From Raillietiella orientalis (taxonomy: Eukaryota), in contig JAYWIR010000021.1 of NCBI GenBank assembly GCA_036172245.1, positions 3,038,001 to 3,102,000 of the forward strand: a DNA stretch of 64,000 nucleotides, given 5' to 3'. A program made the position numbers and the translations under genes. The notes beneath the pieces were generated by a model. It had not been told where the DNA came from, made no database searches, and saw nothing but the letters and a program-made list of their open reading frames with translations. Each line of letters begins with the position of its first letter. The stretch's first letter is position 1. Of this stretch, positions 48,501 through 61,100 are shown piece after piece.

Positions 48501-49344
48501 TGGGTCAGGTCGAGCCCCTCCTCTCCCCTCGAGCGTTCCGCGGGGAACTTTTTTCACGGGAATGAGAGGTTCGCGTTCGTTCGATCCTCCTTTTCCTTTC
48601 TGGCTTTCCTGCCCGCCTTCCTCACCTCTTTTTCGCGCTTTTAGGGGAGCCAGCGAGGAAGGGTCGAGGAGTGAAAGTCACCAACGAGGGAACTGGCCTT
48701 CCCGCATCGCCGTGCTTCTCGCCTTCCTTTCCAACGGTCGGGATGACGTCCCGCCGTTCCGTATCGAGTCCCAGAGAAAAAAATTTCCCTCCCGAGACCG
48801 GAGGCCGATTTCCAAGGGACGCCGCTTCCCGTCCGTCCGGCAACCGAAGGACGCCAGAGGGAGGCCGTCATCGGATCTCTGAGCGGAGTCCACAACGCCG
48901 CGCCACTTGTAACGATCCCCCTTGTTCAACCCCCCGCCGCTTCTCCTCCCTTTCGCTCCTGCCACCGTGCATTCAACAGCTCGTCCCATGAGTAGGGAAT
49001 GCAGCGGCATATGGTCACCATCGATCACGCGCCACTCGACTGGAGCCGGGCGGCGGCAACGCGAAACGGCACCGCCGCAACCACACTCACACCACCTCAT
49101 GCTATTCGTCTCACTCCAATTCTATGAGCCGCGTCCCAACCTATCGTTCGGATTCGGGGACCCGAGGACTCCAGCCTCCTGGCTCTTAGCCGCAGATCCC
49201 ACGTTTTTCGGAATCACCAAACCGTGATAACAGCCGTCTCGCGACTGCGATCCTTATGCGCGGGGCGACGACGTTTGTTGTGCACACAATGGGGATGGGT
49301 CAATCTGCTCGGGGCGCTGATTTCGAACCAAATCAAAACCCTCG

Positions 49345-49535
49345 GGGACAAAGCCCTCGGGCGTCACCATTGGGGAGGGTCGTCAGAGAGTGATCGGCGT
49401 CGCTGCTTCGAGGTGGACACGGCCCGGGACGTCGCGCGCGCGGCTGGCGACCCGCGAGAGCAGTGGACGAAAGTCCACGGGGAGCTGTGGCGGTTCTTCA
49501 GGAACGCAGCCGTGAAAGCGGACCCGGCCGATGGG
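49345..49535 (-). pseudogene. PB2: Influenza-like PB2 N-terminal relic inside the NR2F intron
   Basis: IGRVRFHGCV...VDFRP vs FGPVHFRNQV...VDINP, followed by LPNGDARGL vs FPNEVGARIL. Confidence 0.5.
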
Positions 49536-51549
49536 CGCGCGCGCGCGAAGGTATCCGGAAGTGACGGGGGCGCCCCCTCCCGTTCCTCTTGTCAGGGACC
49601 GACCACCGATCGTCTGCTCTCCCGTGTTCCATTTTTGCGTGTGTCCTGTGTGTTCAAGTGTGGAGGATGGGGACAGCTCGCGTTCCGAATGGACTGCTGG
49701 TGTGCGGGGAAACAAAAAGGCCCGAGGGGGAATGACACGGATGGAAGAGCATGTAACGGAAGGCGGGTAGTTGTGGGGAGGGGCACGCTGACGCAACCAT
49801 CCTGGAAATGCGAGGGAGCATCCTGAACGGAGAGAACTCCCACCGATAAATCACGCACGAGACCAGGAACGGGACGGCGCGTCGTGTTCGTGCCTCGACG
49901 TGAAGATGCTCCGGGGTGTGAAAAGGCGGAGCTGCTCTGCAGGTGGACCCTGGTGCAGCAGCAGCATGTACTTGCGCAAGTGGTCGGCACGCAGAGAAAC
50001 TGTGGACGCAAGCAAAAATGGCGCTAGTGCGCGGATGTAAAATCCCTACACTTGCACGGGAACCACTCCCGAAAAGCTGGCAACGCACCTCGAAAGGGCC
50101 ACGCCCTATCTCTTCTCTCGGAGAAGAAGAAAACACACACACACACACACACACAAAGGAAAATGGAAGGCAAGGAGGAGCGCCAAGAATCGCTGAAGAT
50201 GCTCCTGGCCCATTGTCATGCAGCATTCAAAAGGAGCCACGGACTCGCAGGTAAAAAAAACAGAAGGGGAACCGCGGGTAGACGGAACTGAATGGACGGA
50301 AGCCAACCGCGCCGGGGAATAGCAAGAACGCCGGCGCCGCCGTCAGCGACCATCGCGCGCGCTTGCCACACATTGTGAAACCGCAAGCACTGTGACAAAA
50401 ACCTGCAGATGCTCGCAGTCGACCAAAAAAGGAAAGAGAGAAAGAAAGAAGAAGAAAGGAGCATATTATAATGTGCACAAAAGAATGAATTATGCCTCCT
50501 GGCAGAATCCTTTTTGACAAGATGAAACGCTGCAATGATTGCATCCGAGAGGCAGCAGCAGCAGCAGCAGAAGAAGAAGAAGCAGCAGCAGCGGCTCTGA
50601 CGTCGGACCTTGCGAAACTGCGCAGCGAAAAGAACGGAGCTGCCAGGAGCTCGGCAGCAAAGCCGTGAGCAGAAAGAGCGTGCGAGGAACGCAGCCCAAG
50701 TCAGCGCGAGCAGGGCAGGACGATTCTGGCCGTGGTTCCTGGATTCCGCGCCTCCCCCTCGAGCGACGGTAGGCGAGGATCTGCGGGCCAAGCCAATACA
50801 TCAAGGAGTCAAGCATCCCTGAGACGAAAGCGAGCTTCTCGGGGACAGGCAGCAAGTGGGTGGGAGGTGCATCTGGAGGGATGAAGGAAGAAAACAAAAT
50901 TCCGTTAGGTGGAGGGGCTGGTATTCGGCTAAATGATGCGTTGGTGCAGTTCAGAGAGTTCGTTCCAGAGAGTACCTACGGCGACACGTACTTATTCAGG
51001 TTCTCTCTTTGCATCTCGCACGGCGTCGCTCCTGTGTTCCGGTAGCTCTCGCGATCCGTCGCGACGCATATATTTCTGCTTAAGGCCTCATTTCCTGCAG
51101 TCAGCGGCTTCGCAAGGTGTGACCGCGATCAGCTGATGCCGCCACACGTAAGACGCGCTTCCCAGAATGCATCGTCGGTTTTTCGCGCTGCGCAGACGCC
51201 ACAGGAAATTGGAAACTTCGAGGGTGTGTTGGCCTTCCTGCCTTTCGAGAAGGCGACCCTTGAAGCCACTGAGCGGAAACGATGATTGCCTTAATGAAGC
51301 AGAGGTTGATTTATCGCCGAGTCATCAATGTGCGCTTCCAGGTCGTCTCTTTTCCTTATACGATGGTGCACGCAAGGAGAGGCGAAGAACCGTCGGACTG
51401 ACGACGAGCGAATTCGGGAGACCGTGTGAGGGTGCTTTCCCTGTTGCTGTCGACGATTTAAGGACGGTGCGAGGTAAAGGAACTTCCAGACAGAAAAGCA
51501 ACGTTCTTAAAGCACAGTGGTCACCCAGTAGCGGACAAGGGGAGCAGTT

Positions 51550-53100
51550 CGGACACGCCTGCTAACAGAAATCGAGAAAGCGACCGCGGAGTTTGTCAAA
51601 GATTCCTTCCAACCCTGCGTCGAGTCTCTTCGTCTTTCTCTCCTGTTTCGGCTTCCTGCTGCATGCATCCCACTCTCAGTAACTTTCTTTATGGCTGTCT
51701 GTCCTCCCAGTGGCAAGGCGCATCTGAGTCCTTGCAAAGTTCACGTTTTGCTCCTTCTTCTTTCCTTTCTCTCGGCTCTTCCCCACTTCTTGATACTCTG
51801 ATACTTAAAGGATGTTTATCCAGATCTTTCAGTGCAAAAGAAACATAAGTGATCGACATCTTGGGAGGCGGAGTGGAAAAGTTGAATCGGTGCACAGAAA
51901 TCTTGCTGTGAAAGGAAGACTAAAAGAAAAGGAGAGAAATAGTACCCTCCTTTGCAACGGTGCAGGAAAATCCCAGCAGCATTCGGGCTGAGGGTCTCAA
52001 GTAGTGTTCAATTCATCTTTGAAAGCATAGCATCTCAAGAGTTACTTCTCCTGACAATCAAGAATCCAGTCGTACGCGGCCTTGCAGAATAGCCTATCCC
52101 GGATACCTTTTCTGACGATCTGACCAAGCATAGTGGCGTGGTCAAAGAACGAAACCAAGAAGAAAATAACGCACACACAAGGAAACGTGCCGTGAAAAAC
52201 GTACAACTTCTTGGTTCAGCTGGGTTCATTTCCCTTTGTACCTTCCTGGAATCTTCCTGCTTCACAGATCCGAGCGAGGGTAACCGAAATGAACCGATCA
52301 CAATACGTTGATTAATCGAATTTTTATTCTTCCCGAGCTCTTCTTTATCTCCTTTTTCGTTACGCATGTGCGGCACCTTTCCCCGAAAGAAGGGTCTTCA
52401 GAAGGTTCGAGACTTCCCCACGTCAAGCTTCGAGTTTCAGCTCACTTGAGTTTCGAGCCCGGAGTGGCCATCGGGTGATCATCTTCGGGAAGCAGTTGGA
52501 AGCCGGTAAAAACCTTGGAATCTCCTGGACACTCCTGGATTCTTCCAGAAGGACCATCGAGAACGATTCCACACAACACGCGAGTCAGACTGCTTAAGAG
52601 TGAAAGGCGAGGACGGAAGGTTCAGGGATAAAAACACAGGAAGTTTCCGATTCTACGCAATTTCCAGAGATACTCAGTGGTAGAGTGAGAACTTTACGCC
52701 CTAAAATTCATGGGGGAATACCTTGTGACCGAGAAAAACACGAAGAGGAAGCTCAGGATCTACGAATCAAGCTATAGATCTACTTACAAATTAATCCATT
52801 TGGGAAACCAGCACATAGCGGCTCCGATAAAGAGGGAATCGTGGAGCAGAAAGATCTCGGTAGAGCAATGCTAATTAGGGCTCCTATTCTGCACTCTTGA
52901 TCGAACTTGGTCGACAAAAGTTGCTTGGTCTAGGGCGTCTCCGACGCATCTCTCGGAAAACACTTTCCCTACCAAGCGTGGGGTTTTTCACGTCAAGCAA
53001 GGAGTTCCCATCACACTTAGTAAAGGAAGAGGCGACAAGGAGGCAAGCAGCCGATGGAGCGAATGCCTTCGTGTGTTTTTGTTTTCGAGCGCTCTCGTGG
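51550..53100 (-). pseudogene. PB1: Influenza-like PB1 relic (motif A region) inside the NR2F intron
   Basis: 52089-52253: DSRKVQREMNP...WFRSL...SEKVSGIGY vs DNTKWNENQNP...WFRNV...SNKMARLGKGY; upstream PSAACLL..SLLDVK vs PAATAL..RLIDFLK; downstream FSISVS vs MSIGVT. Confidence 0.65.
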
Positions 53101-53749
53101 GTTCTTCGTGGGGAGCTCACAATACGCAGCTGCACGCAGACCTATCCCGCTCTACGCAGAGCGCTCTCTGCACCGGAACTTCACTGAACCGGAAGTCGAA
53201 AGATGGAGTTTTCTTCCGAAGTGCTCTCACCCTGCGAGCGCTCCCACGCGCTCTGCAAGATCCGCAACGTCGGGAAGAAGGAGCTTTCCGACTTGGAGGA
53301 TGCTCGGAGTTCGCGGTACACGCGTCTTGTCCTCTCACTCCTTGTCCTCATCGAGAAACCCCAAGCACCAGGTGCGGGTCGCAGTTTCCAGCGTTTCGAA
53401 TTAAGCCTCTCGAGTGGAAAACGGATTTGACCACTTATCGGCGCGATGGGGGCGCAAGGGACGCGGAGAGGAAAAGAACCAACGCATTAGAGGCCGTCGC
53501 AGGAACGCCTCCGATCGGAGCCGAACGTCTCCGGAATTTTGAGCGACCGGCTAGGAGAAGGAGAAAAGGGATTTTACGATTCCTGCTACAGCGAAATCAG
53601 AGACAGGAGCACGTGTCCTGGTGGAAAAGGAGGAGGGAGGGAGAGAAAATTTTGAAGATACCCACGATGTTTTAAAAAACGCGGTTTGAAAATTTTCTCC
53701 GGGGGACCGGCCATGCAGGTCACGTAGCTGCCAGGAAGGACGTTCGTTT

Positions 53750-55100
53750 ACCCGTCTCCAGACGCTTTCCGAAATTGCCATCTTGAAATTTTTCACTTCC
53801 TGGAGCTCCTGCAATCATCGAATCCAGTTTCGCAGGAACGGATGTCCTTCCTGGGGCCATTTCCTTCATCAGGACTGAAGAAAATACGGACTCGACCTGG
53901 ATGTTCGATCCTTCGGACGTGGGAGCGCTCGATCGCGGCTGGGCATGCAAACACAAGGGTTCCCCTGACCCATCTGAGCTTCCCGGAACGCCGAACGCTC
54001 CGCGCTACAGCCCGCTCCTCGTTGCCTCCGGTCAAACGGGGAAAAAAAAAACTAAAGTTAAGACGGCCCTCACTGGGAGAGACGGAGCGAACCTTCCAGG
54101 ACCGAGGGACGGGCACCGGGCACACTCTCCAGTTACGAAGCACTCCGTAAAGTGAGAAGAAGGAATGGACCATCTCCTGCTTCCTTGGCTTCCTCCTCCC
54201 GAGGCCCCCAAGGACGAGAACGACCAGGGTGGTGGCTGAAGATAGTCAAGACAGGACGAAAGCGACGGTGGGAAGAATCAAAAGAATGTTCACGGACTCC
54301 AACAGCTGCAGCTGCTACTCTTTGCAGCTGCAGGCGGATTGAAGCATACCGTGGAACGTGTGGGATCGGAACGATGCCCTCCCCCTCCGACACGAGCACG
54401 CACGTGGCCAACTCAGGAGATGCCCTTCCTTTCACTCGACGTTCGATTTTGAGCACACCCAAACACGCTCAGCAAAGGATCGCCGCTTCCTGTAGTGCCT
54501 CTCCGAAGAATCTGTGACTATTCCCTACGAGGATGCTGCCTTCTCCCCCTCAGATCGCGCAGATTTCCTTCGAAAACTATGGATCGTCCTTCCAACAGGT
54601 CCACGTGCCATCCAGGTTTCCATCCAGAAAAGCGAGGGTGAACGCAGGCTCTGTGCAACCCGGGAACGCGCTTCGCTGTTCCGGCATTCCGCGAAGGAAG
54701 CGAGTGGGTGTTCCCTCCGTGCTCTGCTGCAGCCAGGCAGCGGTGACTGCTGGCCGTTATTCTAGGTGTCCTTTGTCATGCTTTCTTCCTCCTTCACGAC
54801 GGGCAGCGCGCAGAGGATTTCCCCGATTAAATTCGCAGCCTTGGTTAGCGACACCAGGAGACCTTGTTTGTGAATCCCCATTGTGAACAGGCGGACAAAC
54901 AGGGAGCCAACCGAAGGTTTCGGATCAGGAGCCCGGCTCTGCCCTGGAATCCCTCATTTGCTAAAAGCCAAGAGTTGCCTTGGAGTGACAGGAATAAGGG
55001 AAGGGGGAGGGAACAAAGGAATTATGCAGCAGGAAGAAGAGCTGAGGGCACTCGAGAGACGCATAAAGTTCCCGGAAAATACAACAAGTGCAAAAAAAAA
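53750..55100 (-). pseudogene. Possible PB1 C-terminal relic inside the NR2F intron
   Basis: FALVVFSGN vs FALIVNAPN; VLVSEG..HVP vs LLVSDG..HIP; PAKLDSMI vs PVGISSMV; LETGK vs FESGR. Confidence 0.4.
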
Positions 55101-56610
55101 AAAAAAAAAAGGGGGAGTCTTGACGCTCTCAGGAGAAAAACAACAACTGCTGCAGTTCATCTGCGCTCCTTCCTGACTTTCGCGGTACCAGGAATTCCAC
55201 TTTCTCCCCCTCCCCCCCATCTCTTGAAAAAAAGGGCGCACAAAGAAATACGTTTCCATAATCACGTGGCGCCCGGAGGTTGCAGCAGCGGAGCTGAAGC
55301 GCCGGCCAGGAACCTTCCGGCTCCGAATCCCTAAACAGGGTGGTCCGAGGATACCAAAGTGACAGCGGATTCCGAAAACTTGCATCCGGACGGTGATCGC
55401 GCTCACGAAAATGCTGCTGCAGAACCACAGCAACGAAAGGAACAAACAAACCGGACAACAAGTGGGGTAGCCGGAGGGTCGCAACCCTGCGTGCGGAAGC
55501 GTCAGCGTGTCTGCTTCATGGCAGACGCACCAGCCGGAGGACTGGAGAGATGTTTCCTGGAAGGAAGACGGCTGTCCAGGACAAGAGCGAGTAAGGAAGA
55601 GAGAGGAGGAGTATGGCGATCCTTGCTGCTTTTTGGCCCATCCATCCAAACCATTTCGCTCGACGTTCTCGAGGCACCCGTCCGGTTCACTTCCCGAAGC
55701 CGAGGTAGTCTTGGACCATCCCCTCCGTGCTTCCGCGGCAAAGCACACCATCTCGAGCTCTTGCCGCTCGAAGCGCTCATGCGGCTGGAAGTTTCGGGGG
55801 GCTCTTTGAGGATCTTTTCCATCCGTCGAAGAGGCTGACGACCACGAGCGGGAGAGACCTTTCGTCCGGTGTTCGTCGCGCAACAGCCTGGCATCTGTGG
55901 GGTCTTTACGCAGCGCTCTCTAGGCGAGTCCCGTGGGAAGGATCGTGGGAGGAAGAGAGGGAAGGGGATTTCCTGGGCAGCACTGAGCCATATTCTTCAG
56001 AGGAACTCTTCATTCTCTCGCGCACACGCCCACGCACTTTCCAGTGTGTTCCCGCTGACTTTCCAAAGGCAGGCGAGGAGAGCCGTTGTCCGCGAAGGCG
56101 CCTGACGCTGCGCAGTGCCGGGTGGAGTTGCCGCGCGTTTCTCACGCAGCAGCGCGCGCATGTCGCTTCGATGTTGAGCGAGGAGCCCTCCCCGTGCGGA
56201 TCGTAGCTCCTGAGACGACCTCGAGCGCCGCGTGGTGCGCTGCATCCGCTCATTCGTTCACCGCCCCGTGGGCCACTCCAAAAGCAGCCCTTTTCCCTGG
56301 GACGCCCTTCTTCCCCTGCGGAAGAAGTAGGAGGAGCAGGGGACGCTTCGAGACCTTGGGGAAGGAAAATGGCGGAGCGCGCTAGAACCTGGAGCGACCC
56401 GTTGTTTCTTCCTGTGGAGGCGGCGGTTCGTTCTCCGTGTGTCACTCTTGTGAGCTCTCTATCCTGGTGAGCCATGCTCGCAAGAGATGGGAGAGACCGC
56501 TCCGTCCAAGGAAAAGTCCTGCCACGGAGTCTGACACGGCTCAAAGTTGGTACCGAAGAAGCAAGAGAAAATGGGACCCGGAAAACCGTGGGGTTGGGAG
56601 GGCTGGGGAG

Positions 56611-58185
56611 CAAAATGACGCCCCCTCTATTTGTCCCTCTGCGCGTAGCCCTTCTTTGACGTGGAGGAGAAGCGAGGAGCAGGCTGTTGCTGGTCCGGTC
56701 CTTCCCAGAAATAGAGCGGAAACGGCGAGAAGACAAAGTTCGACCATCGACTGGGGAGAGGGCCTTTCGGTGAGGTCGCGGAAACGAGTTCCCGCTCGCG
56801 TGCAAAAACGCGTGGAACAGGCCGACCCTTCGAGGTGGCAGGCTGGAAGAGGCGCTCCAGAAAGTCCCGCGATGCGAGTGGAAAAAAGGAGAAAAAAAAA
56901 CACGCACACACGTGGGAGCTGCTGGGAGAAACGCGAATCTCCTCGGCTCTTCTCACATTCCCTATTCTCTCCTTTTCTTTCGGTTCCTCTCTGCTGTCCC
57001 TATACTCCACCCTCATCCCCAGCCGTCGCCCGCGAGAGAGGAGGAGGAGGGCAACCTGCAGAAAAACCGGCGGCGGCGATCGGCACTATCGAAAATCGCG
57101 CTGGGCGCTTGGCAACGGAACGCTGCGGCACGCAATGGCAAGAAAACGAATTGAGAGATGGTTGGGGCGGGAAGGAGAGCATCGATCCGCACGCTAGGGT
57201 GACCGCGGAATTCGGGGTTCGAACCGCTGGAGGCTCCAGGAAAACACAACGCTGCGGGCGCTATGCGGGAGGGGGGAACTCTCGTCCATTCGTCGGCGGG
57301 AGGAGAGGGACGCCTTCTCTTCGGAGCAGATCCTCGCCTCGAAGGAGGTGAGGGTGGAAGGGGGAAGAGAACCGAAAGCACGCGCCGGTTCCGCTCCCGA
57401 CGCGCGCAGGAGGATGGGACGTTTGACCCTTTTACTGGGACCCGTGAAGGAGACGGCGGCGCGGCTACTCCAGGGGCGGTTGCTCACCCCTGCGATCCCC
57501 TCAGCGCGCCCTTCGTGCTGCGTTTCCTGATTTGGCGCGTTCTTCAGGAGGAGCTGATTTTGGAGGCACCTGCGATCCCTGAACGCGCACGGCGACGGCG
57601 CGGAGGAGGGGGGGAGTCATTGTCTATCCCCTTCCGCGGACTGCAGTTACCCGATCCGACTGCCCGCGGAGTGGACCTCCCAGTCTCTCTTCTCTCCACC
57701 ACCTTCTTCCGCTTTCACCTCTCTAGCATGGTCGGAACCACGGCCGGGAAGAACAGCGAGTTCAGCACCCCCCCTGGAAGGGAGAAGAACTCCGGGAAGG
57801 AAGGGAGTTCCGCTGGGAGACTGCAGTTCCTCCGCTTCAATCAGACGTCACCATGGCCGTAATCCCTGCCGCCTGCGACACCGTCGCCGTCGTGGTGTGC
57901 CGCAGGAGGGATCCGACCAACGGGCCGTTGGTCGGATGCCCCCTGCGGTACGCCGTCACGCGGTCGTTAGTGCCCTTCCGTCCTGTCTGACGATCTCCCC
58001 GGAGACGGCGACGGCGGCCTTGCTTGACACGCAAGCGCCCTCGCAGTCTTTCCACTCGGCGCCCTCTCGGACGCGCCGACCCGTTAGGACGCAAAATGCT
58101 GCCCCCTCTGTTCGCCCTTCTGCGCGTAGGCCTTTGACGTGGAGGAGGAGAAGCGAGGAGTCGGTTGCTGCTTGTCCATCCTTTC
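56611..58185 (+). repeat. Diverged ~90-bp direct repeat pair (56611-56700 and 58092-58185)
   Basis: CAAAATG..GCCCCCTCT..CTGCGCGTAG..CTTTGACGTGGAGGAG..AGCGAGGAG shared. Confidence 0.8.
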
Positions 58186-61100
58186 TCCTCAAGCTTTCCT
58201 CCCTTGCTCTCTTCCTGGTCCTCTCTTCATCGCCTCTCCGCGTCGGTCACCGCGCTTTCTGATACCCTCGAGATTGGTCGGGAAGCCCAGACGACCCAGA
58301 CGGGAGGAATAGTGGCGCTGACGTTCTCAACAGGCAACCACGAGCGCTCTTCTGAAGCAACGGTGGAAGAAGGGCGCGCCGAAGGGCAAAAAGAGGATGG
58401 GGGTGAAGACGCGCCTGCGATGAGGGCGAAGGCCAAACTTGCTCGATGACCACGTGACCCGCTGCCTCCCCTGGCACTTTCGGATGCCGGGATCGCTCTG
58501 CGGAGTCTCAGACTTCCGGGAGGAAAGGAGAAGGCGGGACGGAAAGGAGCGAAAGGACTCCTGGGAACGGCCTGGAATCCCCCGCGACGAAAGGCGAGGA
58601 GGGGACTGCAGCCGCTCTCACGGAACCTGGACACTGCCTTCACTCCCTTGCCGCGCCCGGGAGAAACCCGCCCGTTCCGTCTCGAGCGCCGGCCGCCGCC
58701 GCCGCCTCCGGCACGAGTCGCGTGGTCGTGCAGGCGGTCGGCATCGAGGGCGGGGCCGTTCGTGGCTCCCGGACGTGGCGACAGGAGATACCTGGCGGCT
58801 GCTGCTGCTGCAAAAAGGCCGCCTCGCTCGACCCCTCGCTTGCGTCTTACCGGAGGAGAGGGAGAGCAGGCAGAATTGCTTGAGCCCCCTGGCGCTGCCC
58901 CCGCCCTCCTCCTCCCCCTCCTCCTCGCGGAGGGGAGGACGCGCCGGAATGTCTCGACCGCGTTCCATCCCAGTCGCCACCCGCCGCCGGCCTCTCCGAG
59001 CGCGGCTCGGCGGCGGGAAAGCCAGCTCCCCGCATTCCACCGCTACGGACTGTTTCCCCGGAAACGAGCTGTTAGCCTGGGGGCCACCGGAGGTGGTCCT
59101 CCAGCGCCCCGAAGGCCGAGATGGCATGCAACCCGTACCCCTCTTCTCCCACTCTGCTTAGAGAGGGGTGGAGGAAGTGGAAAGACGGGAATGCGCGCGC
59201 GAGTGCGAGTTCTTTTGCAGGGGAGACGCCTGGGACGAGGAGGGGGAGCAGAGACGACCCAGGATCCCTGGGTCGTCTCCCTGGAAACTCTTCTCAGGAG
59301 CAGGGGGGGAGAGGGAGGGGGAAAGGAATCACCTTCATGCCCACCCTTTCTCTCGCACCGATCTGCCCCCTAGGCGCCGCCTTTTTCCCCGCGAGCCGTT
59401 GCCGAGAAGATTCGTTCGCTCCTCTCACCCTTTCCCTCTCCTTTCCCCCGACGGCTTGTCTTTCCCCCCACTCCTTTCCCGTCCTCGTTGAGAGACACCA
59501 GGGAGAGAATCAGCTGGAGGGTTTCCAAGTAGAGGGCGGCCCTGGACTCCCGGGATCGCCAGCAGAGGAGATGCTCCCTCGAGGAAGGACTGGAGAAATC
59601 ACTCCTGGTTCCCGCGTTGCAAGCCTATCACCCGTCCGTCCGTGGGTCCCAGAAGGGACGCACGCGCCGGAGAGGAAGAGGATCCCATCCCTGCCGCACT
59701 TCAGGAAGCCTTCGAGGAAAGGGCGGGACCTCCCCTTTGACTTCCCACGCGGAAAGACAGGGGAGGGATGCGGTTTGAGGGCGTGCCCTTCCCTCTCCAA
59801 CGGGCTGATCCTCATCTGGCGGGACGCGTCGGAGGAAAGGGAAGGGGATCCGCGGGTGCTGTTCGCGGCCTCCCAGGAGAACGCAGAAGGGAGGGATCGG
59901 GCAGAGCACGCCGGGATTACAGCATGCTCCGATCCTCCCCTTCCCCCCCCCCTCTCCTTTTCACGGGGAGAAAACACGTTGGGGGCTCGCCCGGAGGACA
60001 GCGGACGTAGGGCCCCCAGCGTCCTCCGCGATCCCCCCCGAGTGCATGGGATGACGGGAGCCGCGACGTCTCGAAGGGATCCCGGTGGACCAGCGTGCTC
60101 TCGGATGGCGGAGCAGGGCGCAGGTCTCCCGTGGACTTCCCGCCGCCCACTCACAGGAAGCGCGCTGGGCTCACGTGGCACCGGGAGGACCGCACGCTCT
60201 CCGTCTCTTGTCCTGGACGATCGCCCCAGGCGCGGGGCTCCTTCTTGCTAGATAGAGGAGGGGGAGCGCGCGCGCCTTTCCCTCCGGACGCGGCCGCGCA
60301 TCCCGCCCTCCCGCGGTGATGCCGCAGAGGGTGCTGTGGCAGCTGCATTCAGTCCGCTGGGGATCCGTCGGAGAGCAGCGGGAGGGAGGGAGGGAGGGAA
60401 GGGAGAGGAGAAGGAGAGGGGAGGAGGAAGAGAAGGAGGAAGCGAAGAGGAAGAGGGGAGGAGGAGGAGGAAGGGAGGGAGGGAGACGCTGGGTGATCCG
60501 CCCGGTGGGTCCGCGACGGAGAGAAATGAGGAGAGCTCTCGATGCGGCAACATTCGGTACGAAAGGGAAAGCTATTCCCGGAAGCTTTCACCGTTTCACC
60601 CTTCGCGGTCGTCCGACGTCATCGTGGAGACCGCGACCGAGAGAGAGGGAGAGGAGAAAGGAGTTCGGGTCGCTAAAGCACCCCATCCCGCTCGGGCAGG
60701 GAACTCACCTTCCCCAGCGTTCCTCGCGATGGCTTTTAACCTTCCGGGAACCGCCGCCCCGGCGGATGACGTCACCGCACACCCCTCTCCCGCTCCTTCC
60801 CTCCCGCCCATTCCCCCCTCGCCCCTGCTAAATGGAATTCGCGCCCAAAAAATCAAATCCCGTCGCCGCGCTTTCCCGCCGCATTCAGCGAGCCTCGTTT
60901 CTATCCCGACACTCCCGGAAAAGAAGCGGGGGGGGGAGGGGGGAACGATGTGATTCATCGCCCCATTTTTGTTATGCACCCCTCTCGGCCTCGGATCGAG
61001 GGTCGAGGGTTACCCTAATTATTTTTCGGGTGTGATATCAAACCGCCGCGCCCTATTTCTGGCCCAGCGAGCGGGTGACAATGGGAGATAAAAATCGCCG

